Below are positions 23,810-36,238 of a stretch of DNA of 64,000 nt, one piece after another. The stretch covers positions 176,268,001 to 176,332,000 of the forward strand of contig NC_086097.1 of the NCBI RefSeq assembly GCF_963921235.1, read 5' to 3'. The position numbers and the translations under genes were made by a program. Within the stretch, counting starts at the first letter, position 1. Each line of letters begins with the position of its first letter. The notes beneath the pieces were generated by a model. It ran no database searches. It saw nothing but the letters and a program-made list of their open reading frames with translations, and was not told where the DNA came from. This DNA comes from Mobula hypostoma. Its lineage: Eukaryota.

Positions 23810-26713
23810 ATTTAGTTTTAGTTTCAACACATCTTTTATACAAAGGCAGGTTCTGAAGCCAAGACATACTCTTGGTCTAACTGTTTCAGCTGATTAGCTA
23901 AATCACTTCTCTCTTTATTAGCTTTTTTCTTAATACTTGCAGTATAAGAAATAGTTTGTCCTCTAATAAATGCCTAAAGGCATCCCATCTGATAAGACTA
24001 GAAGTCTCCTCTAACGTGTTCTCTTCAAAAAAAAGTAATTTGTCTCTCCAAAAACTTTTTAAAATCTTTATCAGATAACAAAGTTAGATTAAATCGCCAA
24101 AATCTATTTGTTTGAAGAAGACCAGGGAGATTTAAAGATAGAAACACAGGAGCGTGATCTGAAACAGCAATCTCTTTATAGTCACAGGATCAAACTAATG
24201 GAATCATTTGGCTATCAATAAAAAAAATCAATTCTGGAATATGTATGATGGACATGAGAGAAAAACGAATATTCCTTGTCTACTGGATAAAAAAATGCCA
24301 AGCATCAACAATACCACATTTCATTAATAAAGATTTAATAAACACAGCTGATTTATTTCATATCATTTGTTTAGAAGATGAATGATCTAAAACTAGATAT
24401 AAGCAACAATTAAAAGTCTCCACCCATCACCAATGAGTACAGACTTAGGTCTGGCAAAAATCTTAAAAAATGCTCAAAGAAACCTGGGTCATCTGTATTC
24501 GGAGCATACACATTGGCAAATACCATTAATTTGTTGTTTAGTTTCCCTGATACTATAACAAAATGCCCATGAGTATCAGAAATTACTTTATGTTGGACAA
24601 AGGGAACTTTATGATCTATAAGGATCGAAACCTCTCTAGCATTGGCCTGAAATAAGGATTGGAAATGAGATCCTCTCCATTAATTAGAAAGGCATGAATT
24701 GTCACATTTATGTACATGGGTTTCTTGAAGAAAAACAATTGGTACATTAATTTTTTTAATATAGGTAAAAATCTTATTTCTTTTCACGGGGTGATTTAGC
24801 CCTTTCATGTTAAAACTAAGTAAATTAATACTTTGATCCATTTTAAAACTATTTATAAGAAAAGTTAATGTAGCAATCAGAAAAATGTATATTAAACCCA
24901 AATAATAAACCTTGAGATATATTAGCTAAGCAACAGAATTGACTAGATTCCCAAATCAGCTTCAAGGAAAACGAACTCCCCATCCCCCTCCCTCCTCCCA
25001 AAGAGAGAAATTCGGTCAAAGAACAACCGCTATCTACCTCCCCTAAACACATTCCCTTAGAAAGCCTGTTGGAACTGCTCCGAAGAATTCAGGGTTATTT
25101 ACTGTTCCAACCAAGATGAAATAATATACAGTGGGAAACAAGCTTAGACAGGTTTATCGAACAGAAGTAGCAATTATTCATACTGAAAAATATTAAACAG
25201 TCATTTTTAAAAATATGTAGTATTTGTTTTTGCAAGATTTTTAATCTATCCAATATATGTATACAGTCATCTTTTTGAGTCTAAAAATTCTTGTACCTGC
25301 TCCTTCATATAAAACCATTTAAATGATCCATCTTCTATTGTAATTCTCAGTCAAGCTGGAGAACGAAGAGAGGGTTTAAAATTTTGGCTGTATAGCTCTG
25401 CCATAACTTTTTTAAACTTAACACATTCTGCCATACTTCTGATGAAAAAGCTTCAACAATACGAATCTTTTGATCTTGGTAGTCAATCATACTTTTTCCA
25501 CGGGCAGCACGAATCAGACGATCCTTTATTTGAAATTCATGGAAACATATAATGACTGATCTTGGTTTTGATTTTGAAGTCGATCCGCAGATCGGCGACC
25601 TGTGGGCATGATCAATCAAAGGCAGAGACTTTATAATATCAGGGAATAATTCCATCAAAAGGTTTGCAAAGAATTCTTTAGGATTATCTCCTTCTGTTTG
25701 TTCTTTAAGTCCCAAGATTCATAAGTTGTTCCTCCGACTTCTGTTTTCCAAATCAATAATCTTCTGTCTCATTATTTCGTTGGACTTGGATTGTTTTTCA
25801 TACAGCTTTTGCAAATCATCCATTCTCTGAAGTAATAACATCTTCATGTTCCTTTTTCTTCTTATCGTGCTTGGTTAGAATTGCTTGAATATCTTCTAGT
25901 TTCGTACCTAATTGTTTAATTTCAGCGCTGATTTCTTTTCTGAACTGTTGAAACTCCTCAGTAAGCTTTTGAATTGAGCCCATAATAGCTTCCAAAGCTG
26001 CTTTGATAGTCATAGTAATATAATAACCCATCTGACAGTAGTATTTTAAAAGGTTGGAGAGAAAATTATGTAAATTAGGAGCACCAGCAAAGAGCTGTTA
26101 CTCCATCAGCAGCCAGCAAGCAAATCACATCTTGAATGTCATTCTGGAACTGTTGGAGCATATGACTTGTAGTTTGGAGTTTGTCTAGGTGATCCAGCTT
26201 TGCTATCTTCAAGGGCATTCTGGGAGGTACAGGCAATGAGTGTGAAACTCATGGTGAGAAGGCAGTGGGACAAGATGTGAGCCAATGTTTGACTCCATTT
26301 CATCGATTAAAACTTTCATTGTTCGCTGATAAGCGTCAAAGAAGATTGAAACATCGGGATGAATACGGAGGGTAAGTGCTGGCTGCCTGCCTTTTGATCA
26401 CTAGGGGATTGCTCTGCTAACATAGAGAGGAAACTGCTTTGTGAGCGCTCTGCTACCGGAGAGGGGAGACTGCTTTTGATTGCTGGGAGATTGCTCTGCT
26501 GGATATACATTTGTTTCCAGTCTTACAGTTTTTTATATTCTGTATTTTTCATCCGATCTTTCACATTTTCTTAGGAGGGGGATTTGGGGGGCCATGTGCC
26601 TGTTCTGGTTTGGGGGATTGATGACTGTACTGCCATTCTTTTCTTTCTTGGTTTCGTGGCTGTCTGGAGAAGAATTTCAGAGTTGTATACTTTGCTAATA
26701 AATGAATCTTTGA

Positions 26714-27360
26714 AAAACCTCCAGTCATCCTCCACTGACATGTCCCTCTTTGAATGCCAGAAGGGATTCCAGCCACTGCTCCTCTCTGACCAGGAGGTTG
26801 ATGTGGGAGTTCCTGCTGCTGAAGAGCTGATCCAGTGCTACAAGCACACCTGGAGATGAGCCGGGGCTTCTCCGCAACACACTCAGAAACAACATGCCCG
26901 GCAACATGTCCCTCGAGCTAGGAGAGAAGGTTGGCTGGCGTGAAGGGATCTTCCCCTGAAAATCCAGAGCCACAAGTAGGCCCCACACTACGTGGGACAA
27001 TTTGTAGTAGAAAAGGCTATCAAAAAGATCTCGTATAGGTTGTGCTTACCCTCATCAATGAAAATCCACCCAGTCTTCCATGTTTCCCAGCTCAAGCCAG
27101 TTACTACACTTCCTCTCCTACCCACTTGGTGAATGGTTCCCTGATCTATTCTGTACAGCACCTCCTGGCATTTCGCTGGGTGTGGAACAAAGTCTAGTAC
27201 CTCAGAGATTCGGAAGGGTATAGTCCTGAGGCACGTCCTTGGATCTCAAATGTTCTTGGTTCTTGGTGGATGTTATGGTCCTGAGGAACATTCTTGGTTC
27301 TTGGAGGGTGATATCCTGGACAAATCTATCATCCAGAACTTCCAGCAGACACAGGTCGGT
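26714..27360 (+). pseudogene. Gypsy integrase C-term and chromodomain
   Basis: SSTDMSLFECQKGFQP, YRLCLPSSMKIHPVFHVSQLKP, YSVQHLL..YL, YGPEEHSWFLEGDILD. Confidence 0.8.
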
Positions 27361-27395
27361 GATGCCTCAGAAATTGCACCTAGGGAGGGGAGCCT

Positions 27396-27792
27396 TGTTA
27401 CAACCACAGACCTGCAGGCAGGATGTGCAACACGTTTGATAATTATGCTTATAAGTATGCATGATTCAGCTAATTACTGTTTCATTATGGTGGTATTTAA
27501 CTCTCTTCTTTTCATTATAAGTCTTGTCAATATTTGACTTAAAGCACAGCAACTTTTATGCTCCCTGCTTACTCTCATCCTTGACTGGGAAAGAGGACTA
27601 CTGTTTTGATTAATGCTGGAAAGGAGTGATATTCACTTAGTCTTTAGTTGTCGCTTCCAGGCACATTATTGGCATTAAACTTTCAGTTATGAGTTTAAGT
27701 TAATGGCCCTCGTGGCCTGGTGTTTAATGTTTTTCTTTTCCTTTAAATTCTGCAACAGTTCTCATTGAAGTTAGTGAACTGTCAAGAACCGA
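27396..27792 (+). repeat. 3' LTR (3'-truncated) preceded by polypurine tract 27382-27391
   Basis: agggagggga then TGTTACAACCAC; homology to the 5' LTR up to gaaccg. Confidence 0.8.
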
Positions 27793-28465
27793 TTAGCAAT
27801 TGTCAACATGACTATGTGAGTGTGGTAGGTCATGTCTAACCAATCTTATAGAGTATTTTTGATGGAGTTACCAGGAAAGTCAATAAAAGCAAGGCAGTGA
27901 ATGTTGTCTACATGGACTTTGGCAAGTTCTTTGACAAGGTCCCACAAAGCAGGTTTGTCAAGAACATTCAGTCGCTTGGCATTCAGGTTGAGGTACTAAA
28001 TTGGTTTAGACATTGGCTTTAAAGGAGAAGCCAGAGAATGCTATGAGATGATTGCCTCTCTGACTGGAGGCCTGTGACTAATGTTGCACTGCAGGGTCCA
28101 TTGCTGGGTACATTGTTGGTTGTCATATATATCAATGATCTGCATGAAAAGGTAGTAAACTGGATCAGCAGATTTACAGATAACACCAAGGTTGGGAACA
28201 TAGTGGACACCAAGGAAGACTATCAAAGCTTGCTGCAGAATCTGGAGCAACTGGAAAAATGGGCTGAAAAGTGGCAGGTGGAATTGAATGCAGACTAGTA
28301 TGAGATGGTACACTTTGGGAAGACAAACCAGGGTAGGACTTACATGGTGAGCTGTAGGGCACTGAGGAGTGTGGTAGAACAGAGGGATCTGGGAATACAG
28401 ATCCACAATTCTATGAAAGTGGTGTCACAAATAGATAGGGTTGTAAAGACAGCTTTTGTCACATT
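27791..28465 (+). mobile_element. CR1 ORF2 fragment B (RT)
   Basis: QH..V.GRSCLTNL, VYMDF.K.FDKVP, YINDL, EQRDLGIQIH. Confidence 0.8.
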
Positions 28466-30226
28466 GTCTTCCAGATTCACATTCATCTTTGAACCTGGAT
28501 GAGTTTGCTGCAGTTGTTACCAACTTCATTAAAACCTGTGTGGATGAGAGTGTGCCTATAAAGACTTACTGTACATTTCCAAACCAAAAGCTGTGGATGA
28601 ACCAGGAGGTATGTCGTCTGCTGAAGACTAGATCTGTGGCATTCAAGTCAGGCAAACCAGGCCTGGAAACCAGGTATGATTTGCGGAGGGCTATTTCAAG
28701 GGTGGAGAGACAATTGCGAATGAGGTTGGAGGCGATATCAGATTCACGGCAACTCTGGCAGGGACTGCAAGACATTATTTTCTACAAAGCGAAACCTAAT
28801 AGTATGAATGGCAATGATGCTTCACTACCAGATGAACTCAATGCCTTCTATGCACGCTTTGAAAAGGAGAACACAACTACAGCTGTGAAGATCCCTGCTG
28901 CACCTGATGACCCTGTGATCTCTGTCTCAGAGGCCTATGTTAGGCTGTCTTTAAAGAGAGTGAACCCTCGCAAGGCAGGAAGTCCCAATGGAGTACCTGG
29001 TAAGGCTCTGAAAACCTGTGCCAACCAAATACCGGGAGTATTCAAGGACAATTTCAACCTCTCACTGCTATGGGCAGAAGTCCCCACTTGCTTCAAAAAG
29101 GTAACAATTATACCAGTGCCAAAGAAAAATAATGTGGGCTGCCGTAATGACTATCGCCTGGTAGCACTCACATCGACAGTGATGAAATGCTTTGAGAAGT
29201 TGGTTATGACTAGGCTGAACTCCTGCCTCAGTAAGGACCTGGACTCATTGCAGTTTGCCTATCGCCACAACAGGTCAATGGCAGACGCAGTCTCCATGGC
29301 TCTTCACACGGCTTTAGACCACCTAGACAACACAAACATCTATGTCAGGATGCTGTTCATTGACTATAGCTCAGCATTTAATACCATCATTCCCACAATT
29401 CTGATTGAGAAGTTGCAGAACCTGGCCCTCTGAACCTCCCTCTGCAATTGGATCCTTGACTTCCTAACCAGTAGGCCACAGTCTGTGCAGATTGGTGATA
29501 AAATATCCTCCTTGCTGACAATCAACACTGATGCATCTCAGGGGTGTGTTCTACTCCCTGTATACACATGACTGTGTGGCTAGGCATAGATCAAATACCA
29601 CCTCCAAATTTGCTGATGATACAACCATTATTGGTAGAATCTCAGGTGGTGACGAGAGGGTGTACAGGAGTGAGATATGCCAACTAGTGGAGTGGTGCCA
29701 CAGCAACAACCTGGCACTCAACGTCAGTAAGACGAAAGAGCTGATTGTGGACTTCAGGAAGGTTAAGACAAAGGAACACATACCAATCCTCATAGAGGGA
29801 ACAGAAATGGGGAGAGTGAGCGGCTTCAATTTCCTGGGTGTCAAGATCTCCGAGGATCTAACCTGGTCCCGACATATCGATGTAGTCAGAAAGAAGGCAA
29901 AACAGCGGCTATACTTTTGTTAGGAGTCTGAAGAGATTTGGCGTGTCTACAAATACACTCAAAAACTTCTATAGTTGTACCATGGAGAGCATTCTGACAG
30001 GCTGCATCACTGTCTGGTATGGAGGGGCTACTGCACAGAACTGAAAGAAGCTGCAGAAGGTTGTAAATCCAGTCAGCTCCATCTTGGGCACTAGCCTACA
30101 AAGTACCCAGGACATCTTTAGGAAGCGGTGTCTCAGAAAGGCAGCGTCCATTATTAAGAACCTCCAGCACCCAGGGCATGCCCTTTTCTCACTGTTACTA
30201 TCAAGTAGGAGATACAGAAGCCTGAA

Positions 30227-30646
30227 ATTCTCCAACTTCTGGTAATTCCCTCCCCCTCCCTTCCTCTATCCCTATGTCACTCTGCCCCTTCCCCCAGCTG
30301 CCTATCACCTCCCTCATGGTTCCGCCTCCTTCTACTACCCATTGTGCTTTCCCCTATTCTTTCTTCACCTTTCCTGCCTATCACCTCCCTGCCTCCCTTC
30401 CCCCACCCCTTTATCTTTCCCCTTACTGGTTCTTCACCTGGAACCTACCAGTCTTCACCTTCCCACCCTCCCCCCACCTTCCTTATAGGGCCTCTGCCCC
30501 TTCCCTCTTCAGTCCTGATGAAGGGTTCCGGACCGAAACGTTGACTGATCGTTTCCACGGATGCTGCCCGACCTGCTGAGTTCCTCCAGCGTGTTGTGAG
30601 TGTTGCTTTGACCCCAGCATCTGCAGATTATTTTGTGTTTACGATG
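30227..30646 (+). mobile_element. Penelope-like element tail/pseudo-LTR fragment
   Basis: Near-identical to 35601-35972; TSD AGCCTGAA 30219-30226/30647-30654. Confidence 0.85.
30510..30547 (+). ncRNA. Minimal hammerhead ribozyme motif (PLE-associated)
   Basis: cagtc-CTGATGA-agggt.tccgg.acc-GAAACGTT-gactg; helix I cagtc/gactg; GUU triplet is non-optimal. Confidence 0.6.
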
Positions 30647-30959
30647 AGCCTGAAGGCACACACTCAGTGATTCAGGAACAGCTTCTTCCCCTCTGCAATC
30701 CAATTCTTAAATGGACATTGAAGCTTTGGACACTACCACACTTATTTAAAGTACAGTATTTCTGTTTTTGCACATTTTTAAAAAATCTATTCAATATATG
30801 CAATTGATTTACTTGTTTATTTATTTTATTTATTATTTTTATTATTTTTTCTCCCTCTGCTAGATTATGTATTGTTTTGAACTGCTTCTGCTAAGTTAAC
30901 AAATTTTTTGTCACATGCCGCTGATAATAAGCCTGATCCTGATTCTGATTCTGGTCCTG

Positions 30960-31457
30960 GTCTTTACATTTGTATTGAGCACAGAAGATGGGATGTTATG
31001 TTAAAATTGTATAAGACATTGGTGAGGCCTAATTTGGAGCATTGTGTGCAGTTCTGGTCACCAACCTACAGGAGCAATATCAAGAAGGTTGAAAGAGTGC
31101 AAAGAGAATTTACAAAGATGTTGCTAGAACTTGAGGACGTGAGGTACAGGGAAAGGTCAAATGGGATAGTACTTTATTCCCTTGAGTGTAAGAGAATGAG
31201 GGGAGATTTGATAAAGGTATGCATAATTATTGAGGGTTATAGAGCAGGTAAATGCAAACAGGCTTTTTCCAATGAGGTTGGATTAGTGTAGAACTAGAGG
31301 TCATGGGTTAAGGGTGAAAAATGAAACATTTAAGGGCAACATTAGGGGGAACTTCTCCACTCAGAGGGTGGTAGTGTGGAATGAGCTGCCATTGCAAGTG
31401 GTGGATTTGGGTTTGATTTCAACATTAAAGAGAAATTTGGATAGGTACATCGATGTG
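30960..31457 (+). mobile_element. CR1 ORF2 fragment C (C-terminus)
   Basis: WDVMLKLYKTLVRPNLEHCVQFWSP..FKGNIRGNFSTQRVV..LDRYID. Confidence 0.85.
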
Positions 31458-34400
31458 AACATAGAACATAGAATAGTACAGCACATTACAGGCCCTTCGG
31501 CCCACAATGTTGTGCCGACCCTCAAACCCTGCTTCCCATATAAACCCCCACCTTAGATTCCTCCATATACCTGTCTAGTAGTCTCTTAAACTTCACTAGT
31601 GTACCTGCCTCCACCACTGACTCAGGCAGTGCATTCCACGCACCAACCACTCTCCGAGTAAAAAACCTTCCTCTAATATCCCCCTTGAACTTCCTAGTCC
31701 TACCTTAACTCCTGTCATCCTTTTTTTCTTCACATAATTGAAGAATGCCTTGGGGTTTTCCTTTACCCTACTCACCAAGGCCTTCTCATGCCCCCTTCTT
31801 GCTCTTCTCAGCCCCTTCTTAAGCTCCTTTCTTGCTTCCCTATATTCCTCAATAAACCCATCTGATCCTTGCTTCCTAAACCTCATGTATGCTGCCATCT
31901 TCCATCTGACTAGATTTTCCACCTCACTTGTCACCCATGGTTCCTTCACCCTACCATTCTTTATCTTCCTCACCGGGACAAATTTATCCCTAACATCCTG
32001 CAAGAGATCTCTGAACATCGACCACATATCCATAGTACATTTCCCTGCAAAAACAACATCCCAATTCACACCCGCAAGTTCTAGCCTCATAGCCTCATAA
32101 TTTGCCCTTCCTCCGATGAAAAATTTTCCTGTCCTCTCTGATTCTATCCTTTTCCATGATAATGCTAAAGGCTAGGGAGCGGTGGTCACTGTCCCCCAGA
32201 TGCTCACCCACTGAGAGATCTGTGACCTGACCCGGTTCATTACCTAGTACTAGATCTAGTATGGCATTCCCCCTAGTCGGCCAGTCCACATACTGTGACA
32301 GGAATCTGTCCTGAACATACTTAACAAACTCTGCCCCATCTAAACCCTTGGAACTAATCAGGTGCCAATCAATATTAGGGAAGTTAAAGTCACCCATGAT
32401 AACAACCCTGTTATTTTGCACCTTTCCAAAGTCTGCCTCCCAATCTGCTCCTCTGTATCTCTGCTGCTACCAGGGGGCCTATAGAATACCCCCAATAGAG
32501 TAACTGCTCCCTTCCTGTTCCTGACTTCCACCCATACTGACTCAAAAGAGGATCCTGCTACATTACCCACCCTTTCTGTAGCTGTAATAGTATCCCTGAC
32601 CAGTAATACCACCCCTCCTCCCATTTTTCCGCCCTCTCTATCCCTTTTAAAGCACTGAAATCCAGGAATATTGAGAATCCATTCCTGCCCTGGTGCCAGC
32701 CAAGTCTCTGTAATGGCCACTACATCATAATTCCATGTATGTATCCAAGCTCTCAGTTCACCACCTTTGTTCCTGATGCTTCTTGCATTGAGGTACACAC
32801 ATTTCAGCTCTTCTACCTTACTGTCTTTACACCGTTTATTCTGCTTCTCTTTCCTCAAAGCCTCTCTGTATGTTAGATCTGGCTTTACTCCATGCACTTC
32901 TTTCACTGCTCTATCGCTCTGGGTCCCATCCCCCTTGCAAATTAGTTTAAACCCTCCCGAATCATGCTAGCAAACCTACCTGCAAGGATATTGCTCCCCC
33001 TCGAGTTCAGGTGCAACCCATCCAATCTGTACAGGTCCCACCTTCCCCAGAAGAGATCCCAATGATCCAAAAATCTAAAACCCTGCCCTCTGCACGAACT
33101 TCTCAGCCACGCATTCAACTGCCATCACTTTCAGTTCTTACCATCACTGTAACGTAGCATTGGTAATGGTTTTACCTCCTCCCCAAGATCCACAAGCCTG
33201 TCTGTCCTGGTAGACCCATAGATTCTGCCTGCTCCTGTCCCACTGAACTTGTATCTGCCTACCTGGACTCCATTTTGTCATCCATAGTTCAGTCCCTCCT
33301 CACCTACATCTGGGATACATCCCATGCCCTCCACCTCTTCAATAACTTCCAGTTCCCCAGTCCCAACTGCTTCATTTTCACTATGGATGTCCAATCCCTA
33401 TACACCTCCATTCCCCATCAAGAAGGCCTCAAAGCCCTCCGCTACTTTCTGGATAATAGACCTCACCAGTTCCTCACCACCACTACCCTCCTCCGGTTGG
33501 CGGAACTGGTTCTCACACTCAATAACTTCTCTTTTGGCTCTTCCCACTTTCTTCAGACTAAGGGTGTAGCTTTGGGTACTCGCATGGGCCCTAGCTATGC
33601 CTGCCTCTTCCTTGGTTATGTGGAACAGTCTGTGCTGCAAACCTATTCTGGTACTGCTCCCCAACTTTTCCTTCAGTACATTGACGACTACATTGGTGCT
33701 GCTTCCTGCACCCATGCTGAGCTCGTCAATTTCATCGACTTTACTTCTAACTTCCACCCAGCCCTCAAATTCACTTGGTCTATCTCGGACACTTCTCTCC
33801 CCTTTCTCAATCTCCCGGTCTCCATCTCTGGAGACAGACTGTCCACTGACATCTTCTACAAGCCCACTGACTCTCATAACTACCTCAACTATACCCCTTC
33901 CCACTCCGCCACATGCAAAAATGCCATTCCCTATTCCCAGTTCCTCCGTCTCCGCCGCATCTGCTCCCAGGATGAGGTTTTCCGTTCCAGGACATCTCAA
34001 ATGTCCTCTTTCTTTAGGAATCGTGGTTTCCCTTCTGCTGTCATCAATGATGCCCTCACCCGCATCTCCTCCATTTCCTGCACTTCGGCTCTCACCCCAT
34101 CCTCTCACCACCACAACAGGGACAGAGTTCCCCTTGTCCTCACCGACCACCCCACCAGCCTCCGGATCCAGCACATTATCCTCCGCAACTTCTGCCACCT
34201 TCAACAGGACTCCACGACTAAGCACATTGTTCCCTCTCCACCCCTCTCTGCCTTCCGCAGGGATCGGTCCCTCCGTGACTCCCTGGTCTACACGCCCCTC
34301 CCCACGGATCTCCCACCTGGCACTGATCCCTGTAAGCACAAGTGCTACACCTGTCCCTACACCTCCTCTCTTGCCACCATTCAGGGCCCCAAACAGTACT

Positions 34401-34528
34401 TCCAAGTGAGGCAACACATCACTTGAGAGTCTGTTGGGGTCATCTATTGCATCTGGTGCTCCCGGTGCGGCCTCCTCTACATCGGTGAAACCCGATGCAG
34501 ATTGGGGGACCGACAGACAGGATCTCCC

Positions 34529-35438
34529 TTTCCCTCCCCCCCCTCTGCTTTCCGCAGGGATCGCTCCCTACGTGACTCCCTTGTCCATTCGTCCCCCCCA
34601 TCCCTCCCACTGATCTCCCTCCTGGCACTTATCCTTGTAAGCGGAACAAGTGCTACACATGCCTTTACACTTCCTCCCTTACCACCATTCAGGGCCCCAA
34701 ACAGTCCTTCCAGGTGAGGCAACACTTCACCTGTGAGTCGGCTGGGGTGATATACTGCGTCCGGTGCTCCCGATGTGGCCTTCTATATATTGGCGAGACC
34801 CGACGCAGACTAGGAGACCGCTTTACTGAACACCTACGCTCTGTCCGCCAGAGAAAGCAGGATCTCCCAGTGGCCACACATTTTAATTCCACATCCCATT
34901 CCCATTCTGATATGTCTATCCACGGCCTCCTCTACTGTAAAGATGAAGCCACATTCAGGTTGGAGGAACAACACCTTATATTCCGTCTGGGTAGCCTCCA
35001 ACCTGATGGCATGAACATCGACTTCTCTAACTTCCACTAATGCCCCACCTCCTCCTCGTACCCCATCTGTTATTTATTTTTATACACACATTCTTTCTCT
35101 CACCCTCCTTTTTCTCCCTCTGTCCCTCTGACTATACCCCTTGCCCATCCTCTGGGTTCCCCCCACCCCGCCTTGTCTTTCTTCCCGGACCTCCTGTCCC
35201 ATGATCCTCTCATATCCCCTTTGCCAATCACCTGTCCAGCTCTTGGCTCCATCCCTTCCCCTCCTGTCTTCTCCTATCATTTTGTAAGTTCCCCTCCCCC
35301 TCCCACTTTCCAATCTCTTACTAACTCTTCCTTCAGTTAGTCCTGACGAAGGGTCTCGGCCTGAAACGTCGACTGTACCTCTTCCTAGAGATGCTGCCTG
35401 GCCTGCTGCGTTCACCAGCAGCTTTGATGTGTGTTGCT
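34529..35438 (+). mobile_element. Second Penelope copy (other subfamily) nested in the first
   Basis: GIY-YIG ORF 34714-35040 (GVIYCVRC..YIGETRR..HF); 10-bp TSD AGGATCTCCC 34519-34528/35439-35448. Confidence 0.88.
35338..35375 (+). ncRNA. Minimal hammerhead ribozyme motif
   Basis: tagtc-CTGACGA-agggtctcggcct-GAAACGTC-gactg; intact core and GUC cleavage triplet. Confidence 0.7.
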
Positions 35439-35883
35439 AGGATCTCCCAGTAGCCACCCACTTCAACTCTGCTTTACATTCCCATTCAGATATGTCCATA
35501 CATGGCCTCCTCTGCTGCCATGATGAGGCTAAACTCAGGTTGGAGGAGCAACACCTCATATACCGTCTAGGTTGTCTCCAGCCCCTTGGTATGAACATAG
35601 AATTCTCCAACTTCCGGTAATTCCCTCCCCCTCCCTTCCTCTATCCCTATGTCACTCTGCCCCCTCCCCCAGCTGCCTATCACCTCCCTCATGGTTCCGC
35701 CTCCTTCTACTACCCATTGTGTTTTCCCCTATTCTTTCTTCACCTTTCCTGCCTATTACCTCCTGCCTCCCTTCCCTCACCCCTTTATCTTTCCTCTTAT
35801 TGGTTTTTCACCTGGAACATACCAGCCTTCTCCTTCCCACCCTCCCCCCACCTTCTTTATAGGGCCTCTGCCCCTTCTCTCTA

Positions 35884-35921
35884 CAGTCCTGACGAAGGGT
35901 TCCGGCCCGAAATGTCGACTG
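35884..35921 (+). ncRNA. Minimal hammerhead ribozyme motif
   Basis: cagtc-CTGACGA-agggttccggccc-GAAATGTC-gactg. Confidence 0.62.
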
Positions 35922-36238
35922 ATCTTTTCCACGGATGCTGCCTGACCTGCTAAGTTCCCCCAGCGTGTTGTGAATCCTGAGAACGCCACCCTTGAGGTCC
36001 TGTTCTTCAGCCTTCTCCCTCGTTCCCGAAACTCACACTTCAGGACTTCATCCCTCTTCCTGCCTGTCATTGGTACCAACATGTCTCACGACTTCTGGTT
36101 GCTTTCTCTCTTGTACCAGGATGTCGTGCACCTGGTCAGAGACATCCCGGACCCTGGCACCTGGGAGGCAACAAACCATGTGGGTATGGTGTATGATGAG
36201 GTGTATGGTGGGCTATGGTCCAGATGCAAATCAATGTG

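Larger units (their letters stand above)
17691..26125 (-). mobile_element. Originally full-length L1 #2 (pieces 17691-19710, 21661-22396, 23826-26125)
   Basis: ORF1 remnants 25347-26031; ORF2 start MDQSINLLSFNMKGLNHP (24842); RT ORFs 21630-22292, 19079-19615, 18062-19048; T-rich tail at 17691. Confidence 0.85.
11634..26713 (+). mobile_element. Non-coding non-autonomous retroelement (~0.8 kb in three pieces: 11634-11785, 17636-17690, ~26126-26713) inserted in the integrase and hosting two L1s
   Basis: Non-coding sequence continuous across the L1 TSD; ends agaatttcagagttgtatactttgctaataaatgaatctttgaa; integrase resumes at 26714 (NLQSSSTDMSLFEC). Confidence 0.6.
4210..27792 (+). mobile_element. 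Gypsy/Ty3 chromovirus LTR retrotransposon (Tf1/sushi group), degenerate, with multiple nested insertions
   Basis: 5' LTR TGTCA..TGACA; gag with zinc knuckle (CLCCGDSRH), protease, RT (CIDY, FSKIDLR), RNase H, integrase (SVDFITGLP, FHPQSNGHTER), IHPVFHVSQLK and chromodomain (YGPEEHSW..DILD); PPT and 3' LTR. Confidence 0.9.
28466..30953 (+). mobile_element. Rex1/Babar-type LINE, 5'-truncated
   Basis: ORFs 28456-29433 (FPNQKLWMN, FIDYSSAFNTI) and 29531-29923 (KFADD, NVSKTKELIVDFR); (TGATTC)n tail. Confidence 0.85.
33167..35972 (+). mobile_element. Penelope-like element (RT + GIY-YIG endonuclease + tail)
   Basis: ORF 33275-34426: FTMDVQSLYTSI, GVALGTRMGPSYACLF, YIDD, YKPTD; GIY-YIG VIYCI..YIGET. 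Confidence 0.92.
31458..36177 (-). mobile_element. CR1 LINE (ORF1 SGNH-esterase part, endonuclease, RT internally deleted), split by a Penelope element
   Basis: ORF1 motifs CCLPGARV..HVGTND (36175-36070) and DGLHLN (~33010); EN YLNARSI..ITETW; junction ~31690 skips the RT; (TTCTATG)n tail; possible TSD ATGTG. Confidence 0.85.

Noticed and set aside
17684..26134. TSD for L1 #2 (acatttg / acatcttg)
   Set aside because: Too short and imperfect to assert
4687..27360. Domesticated sushi-derived gene (PEG10/RTL-like)
   Set aside because: Numerous stops, frameshifts and insertions; LTRs retained; no long ORF
33398..34417. 339-aa antisense ORF and other overlapping ORFs over the Penelope RT
   Set aside because: Shadow ORFs caused by the C/T-rich codon bias of PLE; no recognisable motifs
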